A stretch of DNA of 64,000 bases from Chrysemys picta bellii (Eukaryota). The stretch spans positions 97,402,001 through 97,466,000 of the forward strand of contig NC_088792.1 in the NCBI RefSeq assembly GCF_011386835.1. The letters are read 5' to 3'. This document shows, in pieces, positions 37,846 through 48,368 of the stretch. Each line of letters opens with the position of its first letter. Within the stretch, counting starts at the first letter, position 1. Both the position numbers and the translations under genes were made by a program. The notes beneath the pieces are model-generated. The model saw nothing but the letters and a program-made list of their open reading frames with translations, had not been told where the DNA came from and did not search any database.

Positions 37846-39299
37846 GGGTAGGACTTTGAAGATGAAAAGCACTTTATAAGTGTTTAGTATTATGATTCGT
37901 TAGCTTTGATCACAGACAATTGGAAATGTTTCCTCCACCAGTACAATTTTAACAAAAAAGTACATCAAATACAAAAAGTACATATAGTTAAGTTGAAAAA
38001 TTAGGCAAATGCTTTTCTTTTGTTTTAGACTGCTTTTTTTCATAGTCTTTGAGAGCTGAATCATCATGCAGTGCTGTCTTTCCTATGAAGCTGCAGAGCT
38101 AACCGTCTGAACTGCGGGTGTGGGCTCAAGATTTAAATATTTATGGGAAGCACATTGCATATCTCATTCTGGAAACAGAAATGGACCGCAAGGTCAGAAT
38201 TTCCAAATGACAATTGAATTTGGAAGATGTGAGAAAGTTACAGGATGAGTTTTGATTTCAGACAGAGTACTTAGGCCAATCAACATTTCTGACCTAATGA
38301 TACCATTTATCTTCTGTAGTGTTACTGGTGCAGAATAGCCGCCCTATACTCTTCTAGAGATGACTGTGCTTCATAGGTGGATGAGTAATATAAAGGACAG
38401 ATTCTCTACCCTAATTCTCTACCTTTGTGCTATACAGGTAATGCAAAGGGAGCAGAAACTACCCACAAAATTTTCTGCTGGGGATACCACCAACACTGAG
38501 GAGCTCCAAGCTGGTGTAGAGCCAAAGCCAACTGGCACAAGTCAATGCAGCTCTTGGGCTGTTCTAACCTACACAGGGGCCAAGAATCAGGGAACTGTGA
38601 CTGGCTCCCTAATAGATACCTTGCTGGACCAAATCAGGAGATATTTTCCTCAGAAGTATTATTTATTGGACATACCTATGAGAATGATGCCAAAAAAATG
38701 GCAGCACATATCACATGATAGAAATCTTGTTGGCAGCAAAAAGTCCATCTTGTTAACACCCCAAAGTGGGACCAAATGCATTGCTTTCTTCCAGACAATC
38801 AGTTCTTTACTGAGTTGATATCTAGGGATACAGTATCAGCAGATCGCTAAATATAAATCTGAACTAGTTCTGAACACATGTGCTTGTGCATCAAAACCCC
38901 TGCATTTGCACATATAAATAGGTTGTTATTCATCTGTCTTCCCATTTGCATATGCAATTACCTGATTTCCATTCCAGTTTTTGAAGACAAAATTATTGTA
39001 TGACTAAATGGGCACTTACATGTGCAGTTACCTCATCTGCCATGCAACACGCTATTTACACTTGCAAATACAGAGTTTGGTGGGCACAAATCGATGCATT
39101 TACAAATATTGTGGGGCATTTTTAGAGATCTGCTCCAAATGTGGCCCTTATAAGAAAAGTACATTGTTCACAAGGACATTTGAGGTCCAAGATTAGGTGA
39201 GAATACACTAAGACTAGCAAAGAGCTTATATTACCTTATTGGATTCAGCAACACCGATAAGTTAAGCATAAAAGATAAAATAACTAGTGTCGGGTAATA

Positions 39300-39500
39300 A
39301 TACTTGGCATTTATATAGTGCTTTGAATATTTAAAGTGCTGCACAAAAATTAACTAATTAATCTTCAAAGATCCTGTGTGAAGTATGTGATTATTATTAT
39401 TCCCGTTTATCTGTGGGGGAAGTTTAGACACACAGAGGTCAAGTAACTTGTCCAAGACCACAAAGCAAATCTCTGGCAGAATGGAGATAAGAACACAGCA
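39300..39500 (-). mobile_element. CORE-SINE (MIR-like) fragment
   Basis: attattattcccgtttatctgtggggg...cacagaggtcaagtaacttgtccaagaccaca. Confidence 0.6.
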
Positions 39501-39578
39501 ATAGTCCCTAGGCCCCCCACCCCATTCTCAGAAGACTATGTTGCCACCTAGTCATGAATGGTGAAATGCCAGCAATAC

Positions 39579-39655
39579 CATAGAAGATTAGGGTTGGAAG
39601 AGACCTCAGGAGGTCATCTAGTCCAACCCCCTGCTCAAAGCAGGACTGATCTCCA
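39579..39655 (-). mobile_element. CR1 LINE 3'-end fragment
   Basis: catagaagattagggttggaagagacctcaggaggtcatctagtccaaccccctgctcaaagcagga is the reverse complement of 48287-48355. Confidence 0.85.
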
Positions 39656-39927
39656 GACAAGAACATCTTTAGGACACACTCAGCTGATATATGATTAAGT
39701 ATTTAATTATCAGTAGTATTCCTCACTCAACTTGTGGAGGAGTTTCCAAATGTTACCATTGGGATTATCAACTAGTTCATTTTAGTAGCCCCTATGTATT
39801 TTCCCCACAAGATACATCTGATGTCTGAGTGACAATGAGAAGCCTCATAATGTTTGGAAATGTAAATGATTAGAATGTAAACTCCATGTTTGTTTGTTGT
39901 AGTCAGAAAGAATAATTGTTTAATAAT

Positions 39928-40133
39928 CAAGTATCAGGGGGTAGCGGTGTTAGTCTGTATCTACAAAAACAATAAGGAGTCTAGTGGCACCTTAAAGACT
40001 AACAGATTTATTTGGGCATAAGCTTTCGTGGGTAAAAACCTCACTTCTTGCATCTGAAGAAGTGAGGTTTTTACCCACGAAAGCTTATGCCCAAATAAAT
40101 CTGTTAGTCTTTAAGGTGCCACCAGACTCCTTG
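39928..40133. mobile_element. Penelope-like element terminal (pLTR) inverted-repeat insertion A
   Basis: 83-bp arms (39967-40049 and 40057-40139, 2 mismatches), a 7-nt loop, and an unpaired ~36-nt tail on the left. Flanked by the direct repeat ttgtttaataat (39916-39927, 40134-40145). Homologous to 47555-47772. Confidence 0.75.
40050..40090 (+). ncRNA. Minimal type I hammerhead-ribozyme-like motif
   Basis: GCAU-CUGAAGA-A-[GUGAGGU UUUU ACCCAC]-GAA-AGCU-U-AUGC. Stem I is GCAU/AUGC, the core has CUGANGA and GAAA, stem II has one bulge, and stem III is the palindrome AGCU. Folded by eye only. Confidence 0.6.
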
Positions 40134-42021
40134 TTGTTTAATAATGCCAGGCTTGGGGAACCTTTAGTTATGTATTGTCATATCTCCACAGCTTCCAGTT
40201 AGTTATTCTATCACTGCCTCACAGGGGAATGGGAGAGGGGAGGAGTTGGAGGTAGTGCCCCTTTTACCAGTACAAAGGTTCCCTGCCTCATGTGCAAGAC
40301 TTAACCTGATAGAAAGAGTCCAAAGTATCTGACCTTCTGTCCGGGCACCTCAGAGTTCCGTTTAGGGCTGCACAATGCACGTGCTGTTACTCGACAGGGG
40401 TAAGAATTCAATTTACACTGGCAGTGCTTTCACAAGTGCATTTCAGTTCAGTTGGTAAATATTTCCAGGTGGCCAGATCTAATTTAGGGAGGTCAAGTTT
40501 GCAAAGGTTAAATAGCAGGCAGGATTTCTATAAGTCTCTATCAGTTTGGAAAAGGAAAATGTAATTAAACACAACATTCTTCCAGAGATTAACTGGAGGC
40601 TCTGCATTCTACACACCACGTTTAACTTTTTAGGGTTGTTGTTGTTATAATCCATGCTCTAAAGATGCATTTAGTTCCTCTTGTAAAGACAGCCTGGAAT
40701 TAGCAATGAAGAAAAAAGTCATTATAATATCAGCAGATGAGACAGAAAATGAGGCCCAAACAATCTTGTGTCAGAACTGGTTGTGGGGTAATGTTTGACC
40801 TATTTTATGAATAGAAAAAAGACAAGAGCATGCTGGGGGCCAACCAAAACATCATTCGACTATAAAATTAAGCAGAATAAAAATGGTGGTTCCTATTCAA
40901 ACGTTCCACTGGAAGCATCCTTCAAGGGCCCTTTGTTTCGTCAGATGCTGTTAGCCCCTTGTTAGTCATTGCTAAAGAAGAAAAAACAACACACAACTAA
41001 GTTCAGTCAGTTTGCTCAGCTGCTGCTGATGTCACTCTTGCCCACTAAGAGTAAGTTACTGTAATAATTCCCCTCCCCCGCTTTTATTACTCATAAGTTT
41101 GGAGAAAGCAGAAAGTGGGTGACATCATTATTCAAGAAGACTGGCTAACTCATGCTTAGCTTTAGTCAACTTTATTATAACGTGTCTCATGTGTCATACG
41201 AAAATAGTTACCAGCTCTCTTTCATGTCTCACCAATCATCCTTTTCTCCCCTGTCGGACAGTCCTTCCCCTGTTTCAAACTCCTGCTGAAGTCTGATATT
41301 TTCAGAAAGATGACCTTTAATCAACACTAATGAAATGCAGTGACATCCTCATAGGAGAAAGACACTTTCTTCGTAAAACATCAGTAATTTTCACTGTAAT
41401 GAAAATTGCAGCTTCTATATTTAATATATTTCAATAATACATAATGGATTATCGCTATATCCAACATGTGATTTCCCTATAGGTGGATTCTACTGTACAC
41501 ATACTAATTACTTAATTATTGTATCCTAAGTGTATTTTCTGCTAAGTCTCTATTTTGGGTCACTTAAACTCTATCTATCTATCTATCTATCTATAATAGA
41601 AAGGATGCCAAATTTCTAGAGATTTCAATAATTCTTTTTTAACTTACGTTTTTAAACAGATATTTGTTATTGATTTACTAGGTAGCCAGTATTTTTCTAG
41701 TATTGCAAACCTATATCACTGGATATAGTCACCCCCTGCACATATAACTCAATTTTTCAGTGGTTTGGGACCCAAAAGAGATCCCCTTAATGTGAGGGAG
41801 GCAGGAAGGGAGTAGTTAGGAGGGATAAGATAGAAAGAAAGGGAAGGCTTTAAGATGAGATACAAAAAGAGCAAATGATTCATCTATATTGAGATAGGAA
41901 GAGGGGGCGACTCTTCCAGACGGACTGGCATCAGAAGTGAGACAGCACCTTGATTATGAAGAGTCATGGGAAGGAGACAGCAAAAATGTCTGTGACTGAA
42001 TTAGTGGCCAGGAGTAGACGT

Positions 42022-42022
<1 letters not shown>

Positions 42023-42052
<30 letters not shown>
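42023..42052. repeat. (AC)15 microsatellite
   Basis: Read directly from the sequence. Confidence 0.95.
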
Positions 42053-42060
<8 letters not shown>

Positions 42061-42189
42061 TGTACTTGACGGTGTTTCCCCCATTGGAGGAATATTATTT
42101 TTCACTTCAGGGAGAGGGAATGGCTTGGGGATTGGATATGAAATACTGTCTTAGGAAACCTTTCATCAAAGAGTCTGATTTGGACAGAC

Positions 42190-42305
42190 TCAAGCCCTAA
42201 ATCATCAAATACAGCCTACGCTGGTAATGACTAAAAGTTGTTTCCATCTGTTGTCTGCATGTATGTGAAATGAGTTTGGTGGTCTCAGTTGAATAAAACA
42301 CCACA
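42190..42305 (+). mobile_element. LF-SINE fragment
   Basis: ggtaatgactaaaagttgtttccatctg...tatgtgaaatgagtttggtggtctcagt matches the recalled LF-SINE consensus and the 37634-37845 copy. Confidence 0.6.
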
Positions 42306-42322
42306 ATAGGCTGTAGTTATAG

Positions 42323-43015
42323 ATCCATAGATTTTCAGACCAGAAAGGAGTCATTATGATAATCTAGACTGATCTCTTATGTAACACAAGCAGTAGAATT
42401 TCACTAATTCCTGCATCAAGCCCATCCCTTTTATTTCTATTAGAGGATATCTTTTTGAAGAACATCCAGTCTTGATTTAAAGGCTTTAAGTGATGGAAAA
42501 TCCACCATATCCCTTGGTAAAATATTCCAGTGGTTGATTGCCCTTATTCTTAGCAATGTACACCTTATTTCCAGTTTGAACATATCTAGCTTCAACTTCT
42601 AACTACTGGATCTTGTTATACCTTTGTATGCTAGTTAAAGAGTCCTTTAGTATCACATAACTTCCCCCCATGTAGATACCCTAAGGGTAGGTCTACACTT
42701 ACCTCCGGGTCCGGCGGTAAGCAATCGATCTTCTGGGATCGATCCCGGAAGTGCTCGCCGTCTACGCTGGTACTCCAGCTCGGCGAGAGGAGTACGCGGC
42801 ATCGACGGGCGAGCCTGCCTGCCGCGTCTGGACCCACGGTAAGTTCGAACTAAGGTACTTCGAATTCAGCTATGTTATTAATGTAGCTGAATTTGCGTAC
42901 TTTAGTTCGAAGTGGGGGGTTAGTGTGGACCAGGCCTTAGAGACCATGATTGAGTCACCTCTTAACCTTCTGTGTAATAGACTAAATAGATTGAGGTTCT
43001 TTACTCTTAAATCAG
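42323..43015 (-). mobile_element. Old CR1 3' fragment interrupted by a Harbinger MITE
   Basis: catagattttcagaccagaaaggagtcattatgataatctagactgatctc...gtgatggaaaatccacca... resumes after 42939 as agaccatgattgagtcacctcttaaccttc. Confidence 0.7.
42685..42936. mobile_element. PIF/Harbinger-type MITE
   Basis: TIRs gggtaggtctacact and agtgtggaccaggcc, with flanks TAA / TTA (both TWA). Shares the aattcagcta...tagctgaatt hairpin with 9526-9810, at the opposite end of the element. Confidence 0.82.
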
Positions 43016-43388
43016 CCCAATATGTTCACAGAAGGAATACTTGCTGTATTATATGTACTCACATGATAATACATACAATGAAATTGTACTCATAAAATAT
43101 AATTCACCAGCAGGCAAGATCACATGGCTGGATTATGAAACAATATTCCATTACAAAGCATCACAAGGATTAGCATGACTTCAGTATTTTATGTACATAT
43201 CAGATGTTTATTTGTGTAGACACTGTATAGATATACATACATACATGTGTGGGGATGTACACATACATGCTCACACACACACACACACATATATATATAT
43301 AATATTACACACACACAAACTACATTAAAAATGCATTATCAAGGTTGCAATGTCAAGCACTTACAAGTGAAGAAATGCCAGAATTAAG

Positions 43389-46300
43389 GTTCTTCGTGTG
43401 TTTCTCCACATGGATCCCACTGTAGACAAATAAGCCCTGTGCACACAAGCTTGGACTCTTTGACCAGTACGTGGAAGCTGCGCCTGTGCCCTGAATATCC
43501 TTGTCTCCATCCTGCACTGCAAGAATATAAAGGGCAGAACAGCCCCGCTATGACTCTGTTCTCTCTTTCTGCCCATGACATGACGATGGAGCCACAACGT
43601 GTTCTACTCTTTCCCCTCAGCTTTCTACTGCAGCTTAGAGATTTAGTGTTGGTTGGTTGGTTGTAGTTTCATTATTAAGTTTCATTTGGCCACCCGGTGT
43701 AAATCAAGAACAACCACCATCCCCAAAACCAAAAAGACAGGTTTTTTTATCTCTCTCCTCAGTACCTAGTCTGGTCTGATGACAGAGACTGGTCTCCAGG
43801 TTTTAAAACCTGCCCTGTCTATGAGGCAGCTATGACTTTTAATGATGGGCAAATGAAATGACTCTTCTATCTAGGGGAAATTCATATCCCTGACAAGTTC
43901 TAGCTCTTTCTCTAAGCACTCACACAAAGCCTGTGATGCTCATCTCAAGTTATTTTTGGTGGAGAAATCCATGAGGAGTGCATTTGACTCTGAAGTCCCA
44001 CCTTAAAAACAGTCTGTTGCTCTTCCTAAAACAGATCTAAGAGCAACTCTTCTGACTTTTCCCAGCCTGCTCTTTCTAAGCCTGACCAGCACTGTGAATC
44101 TCCGGTACCCACTGACTCATGTCCCTTGGCTTCGGTACAGCACCATCAGTCTTTGGCAATCAGTTGCCTCCATGTTGGTACCAATGTCATCGGTACCACC
44201 TTGACATCTTTAGTACCATATTGTGATAGAAATCTTCCACTTGCTGGAGTGTCTACTTCCATACCAGTATTGACGGTGCTGACTTCAGCGGTACCATCTT
44301 CCTTGGTGCACAGTTCCTCAACTCTGGCTTCATTTACAAAACCTGCTGGTCTGATGATTACTCTGGAACCAGAATTTCCACTCTTGGATATTTTTCCATT
44401 GTCTATGATGTCCAAGTCTCCCCCTATCATGGAACCCAGAGTACCAATTATAAAAATACCATGGCACCCATTTTCTTCTTCACCAGTCTCCACCTCTAAG
44501 AGCGTTATGTCTGGATTTCCTCAGCCTGTCTCAACTCCTCAGAGATCTAGAGGAATTTTTGTTGTCAACATCTTCTTCTAGAAGTCCTTTTCCTACAGTG
44601 TCTTCTCATTCTCCAAGATCTGTTCATGAAAGGGACATTAGGAGAAGTTTTTCTCATCATAGAAAATGTTTCTGAAAGATCACAAATTTCATGGATTCCA
44701 CCTCTGTGACATTATGGACTGCCATACTGCCATCAGATCCTTATCATTCTTATTCTGTTCCTTATTCTACAGGGCCCAGATCTAGGGACAAGTTGTTGTC
44801 TTTTGTAGATCTATCTAAAGTGATTCAGCCATCACAACATGAGATCCTTCAGGAGCCGAGTCAGGACTTTCACAGTGAGGAGGAATCTCAGGGAGGAGGA
44901 GGATGATCATCCTGCTGCCCTGGCTATATGAAACTGTTATACTATCTGTGTCTTCCACAACAGATGACTTCAAAGCATTTCAGGACCTTCAGTCATTCTT
45001 TTAAGAAGAGTCCATTAGAAATAGTCCAGGAGGGTTGCCACAAGTTATTTGCTGTATTACATCCAGTCTTCCAAGACCACCTAGCAATGCCTATTTATGA
45101 GGGTATTCTTGAGCTGACCAAGGACTATGGTAGATCCTAGCCTCCAGCCTCCATCTCAGCCTCTCCTAAGAAAAGTAGACTGGAGGCCCCCCAAAAGGAT
45201 CTTTTTTCAGCTGCTCTGTGCTGGGGGTTTGGTTGTGGCAGCAGGTCATGGAAAATCTTTGCAGCCTGGTGCTGTTAAATCCATTCCTAGGGATAAGGAG
45301 CCCAATAAGCTTGATATTTTGGGGAGGAAAGTATGCTCCTCAGCAGGCCTGCAGATCCACATAGCCAATTACCAGGCTTTGTTGACTAAATATTGTTTGT
45401 TACAGGGGTATCAGATTCTTCAGTTTGTTAACAAACTACCCCAGGGATCCAGAGATTAATTCAGAGCTATTCCTGCGCAAGGTCAGCTGATGGTGAAGTC
45501 TTTGTTTCAGGCCTCTTTGGATGCTTCTGACATTGCATCAAGATCCATGGCCACTGCAGTCACTATGCACAGAGCATCTAAGCTTCAGTCACTAGGCATT
45601 CCAGAAGAGGTCCAGACCATAATGGAGGATTTGCCTTTTGAGGGCCACAATCTTTTAAATTTGAAAATGGACAAGGTGCTTCATTCTTTAAAAGGCAAAT
45701 GGGTTACCCTTCGGTCTTTGGGTCTCTATAGTGTGACTCAGTGGAGAAAGTAAGGAAGGCGTCAGGCTTTCTTGAGACAGAGCTCTCCCTCATCTTATTC
45801 CTATCATCAGAGAACTCCAGACTCTAAGAAAAGACCTCACTTCCAGGAAAGAAGAGACCCTTCTTCTTCTACTGTATCTGTGTATTCTTCATCTGGCAAA
45901 GACGCCATGGTTGAGAGTCCTACATGGATTTTCGAGGATCTTTATTCCTTTTCTCCTTCCTTTCTCCTAATTGCCTTTCAGTTTTTGCAGATGGGTTCTA
46001 TAAGTTATCCATAAAGGGTATGCAATTCAATTTTAGTCTTTGCCAGCTTCGCAACCCACTAACCTGTACCTCTTCAGGGACCACTCTCATGACAGCTTGT
46101 TGCTTTTACAGATGGACACTCTTCTTAAGCTGGATGCAGTGGTGATGATGCCTGGGATTTCTGCAGCAAGTGGTATATTCCCACTACTTGCTCATTAGAA
46201 AGGAGAAGGATGGTATCCTATATTAGATTTCAGATGTTTCACTGAATTCATCTGTCTCTTCAAGCATTGGCTGGTCACCCTTTCTTCTGTAATCCCCTCT

Positions 46301-47520
46301 CTAGATCCCATCAACTGGCTTGTGACTCTTGTCTTTCAGGATACTTGCTTGTGTGTGTCGATCCACCCAGCTCACAGGAAGTATTTGCATTTTATGGTCA
46401 ACTACATTTATTGCTAGTTCAGAGTCCTACCCTTCGGCCTGCCAACTGCTCCAAGAGTTTTTGTCTTTTGATGGCAGTGGCTCAGCCTAAGAGACAAAGC
46501 CTTCTCAACAAGGCTGGGGGAGGGATAGCTCAGTGGTTTGAGCATTGGCCTGATAAACCCAGGGTTGTGAGTTCAACCTAGGGATCTAGGGCAAAATCAG
46601 TACTTGGTCCTGCTAGTGAAGGCAGGGGACTGGACTCCATGACCTTTCAAGGTCTCTTCCAGTTCTAGGAGCTAGGATATCTCCGTTAGTTAGTTATAAC
46701 AACTGGGTTTTTTTGGACCACTCACCACAGAAGGTCACAGAGGACATTCTCCATCTCTTCTCTTTCACTCCCAAACCTTCCAGAGATCATTTCTCAGAAC
46801 CAAGGTCTTGCATTACATCAAGATTCAGCATTTCTACGTCATGGAGACTAGCTGGCTGAGTTCTGTTGGCAAGAGCTCTTCTGCAGCAGTATGGGGTATT
46901 TTGATTCAGAACAGAAAGACTTCTACAGGAATGACATACAGAGTTAAGTAAAAGCATTTGCATTGTGGGCCATTCAAAGTTATCTTCAACTCATGGAGTC
47001 TTCTATTCCTGATATCTTGGACTATCTCTGTCTTTAAAATACTCCAGTCTAACAATCAGTTTTATAATTAGAGTGCACTTAGCTGCTATCTCTGCATATC
47101 TTCTGCCTGTTGATGGTCATTCAGTTTTTTCCCAGCCCACTCTATTCAGATTTCTAAAGGGTTTGCTTCATGTATTCCCACCAGTTAAGGAGACTTTTTC
47201 CGATCTGAGGCTTGAATACGAGTGTCTCTGTCATGTTCATTATACCACATATCCATTAAGAGAGCGTTTTTGATGTCTGTTACCTCAGCTTATATATCAA
47301 ACAGGTCTCAGTGGCTAGCCCTCCATACACTATATTAAATAAGGAACGAGTTACTTTCAAACTGCATCTGAAATTTTTACCAAAAGTGGTTTCAGTTTTC
47401 CTGTTAACCAATTTATACAGCTACCTGTGTTCTTTCCTAAACCTCATAGCTCTCCTGTGGAAGCTAATATTGATACACTCAATGTTCATAGAGTTATGTC
47501 CTTTTACCAGCTTAATATGT
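43389..47520 (+). mobile_element. Decayed DIRS1-like tyrosine-recombinase retrotransposon
   Basis: ORF1 remnants: SPGFKTCPVY...*LFYLGEIHIPDK (43793-), LGRKVCSSAGLQIHIANYQALLTKY and ASRSMATAVTMHRAS.LQSLGIPEEVQTIMEDLPFEG. RT: IHPAHRKYLHF...*FRVLPFGLPTAPRVF (46322-46462). YR-associated region: HLAAISAY...GHSVFSQP..FRFLKGL, FLPKVVS and NQFIQLPVFFPKPH...TLNVHRVMSFY. Many stops and frameshifts. Confidence 0.8.
46516..46697 (+). mobile_element. tRNA-derived SINE with CR1-like tail, nested in the DIRS RT
   Basis: Closely similar to 5725-5934 (gggggagggatagctcagtggtttgagcattggcctgataaacccagggttgtgagttcaacc...), with a short deletion after the B box. Confidence 0.85.
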
Positions 47521-47554
47521 TCAAAGCATAGCTCCCATTGACTTCAGTTGTTGT

Positions 47555-47772
47555 TTCAGAGTAGCAGCCGTGTTAGTCTGTATCCGCAAAAAGAAGAACA
47601 GGAGGACTTGTGGCACCTTAGAGACTAACAAATTTATTAGAGCATAAGCTTTCGTGGACTACAGCCCACTTCTTCGGATGCATCCGAAGAAGTGGGCTGT
47701 AGTCCACGAAAGCTTATGCTCTAATAAATTTGTTAGTCTCTAAGGTGCCACAAGTCCTCCTGTTCTTCTTTT
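47555..47772. mobile_element. Penelope-like element terminal (pLTR) inverted-repeat insertion B
   Basis: Perfect spacerless palindrome 47588-47773 (93-bp arms, centre ggatg|catcc) with a 33-nt unpaired tail on the left and a 12-bp TSD ttcagttgttgt (47543-47554, 47773-47784). Confidence 0.8.
47680..47721 (+). ncRNA. Minimal hammerhead-ribozyme-like motif (identical copy on the minus strand, 47681-47640)
   Basis: GCAU-CCGAAGA-A-[GUGGGC UGUA GUCCAC]-GAA-AGCU-U-AUGC-UC. Stem I is GCAU/AUGC and stem II is 6 bp. The core has a U4-to-C variant. Folded by eye only. Confidence 0.55.
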
Positions 47773-48190
47773 TTCAGTTGTTGTGAGATTCTGCAAATCA
47801 GACCCCAGGGTATCAAGTCAGGCACCCAGAAAATGAGGAACACACAAATTATTGATCATCTGTGGGAAAAAATTGTTTTAAATAACAAGAACTCTGTGGC
47901 AGAGGCAAGGATAAAATCCAGTTCTCCGGGTCAGCATTCAACTTTCATAGCCATAAAACCACCCTTTCTCTTCTGCAATCCTCTGCCTTATTCACTGCTC
48001 ACCTTCCAGCTTCTGTAACAAATTAGGCCATGGGTCCTACAGACAACAGCCTCTTTTACTACAAAATCCTGATTCATCCTCAGGGAAGGCCCATCTTGTG
48101 CACTGACTGAGGCAGGAGTCCTGTGGAAAAAGTAGTATGTGATTATGTAATAAGATTCCATCACACTGTTTAAATACAAGGGACATGAAT

Positions 48191-48368
48191 GGGTTATCTA
48201 GGGAGGTGGTGGAATCTCCTTCCTTAGAGATTTTAAAGGTCAGGCTTGACAAAGCCCTGGCTGGGATGATTTAGTTGGGGATTGGTCCTGCTTTGAGCAG
48301 GGGGTTGGACTAGATGACCTCCTGAGGTCCCTTCCAATCCTGAGATTCTATGATTGTATGATTCTATG
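48191..48368 (+). mobile_element. CR1 LINE 3' end
   Basis: gggaggtggtggaatctccttccttagaga...ggactagatgacctcctgaggtcccttccaatcctgag followed by the (ATTCTATG)n-type tail characteristic of CR1. Confidence 0.92.

Noticed and set aside
38360-38818. 152-aa plus-strand ORF
   Set aside because: No recognisable domain or codon pattern. An ORF of this length is plausible by chance in 64 kb read in six frames.
44126-45753. ORFs resembling a LAP2alpha-like cellular gene
   Set aside because: They are fragmented by stops and frameshifts and collinear with RT and YR remnants, so they are ORF1 of a dead DIRS element.
47708-47721. Alternative monomeric hammerhead fold (stem III AGC-UUAU-GCU, cleavage after C47721)
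   Set aside because: Stem I cannot form in that register (GCAU versus UAAU). The GCAU/AUGC dimer-type fold is preferred.
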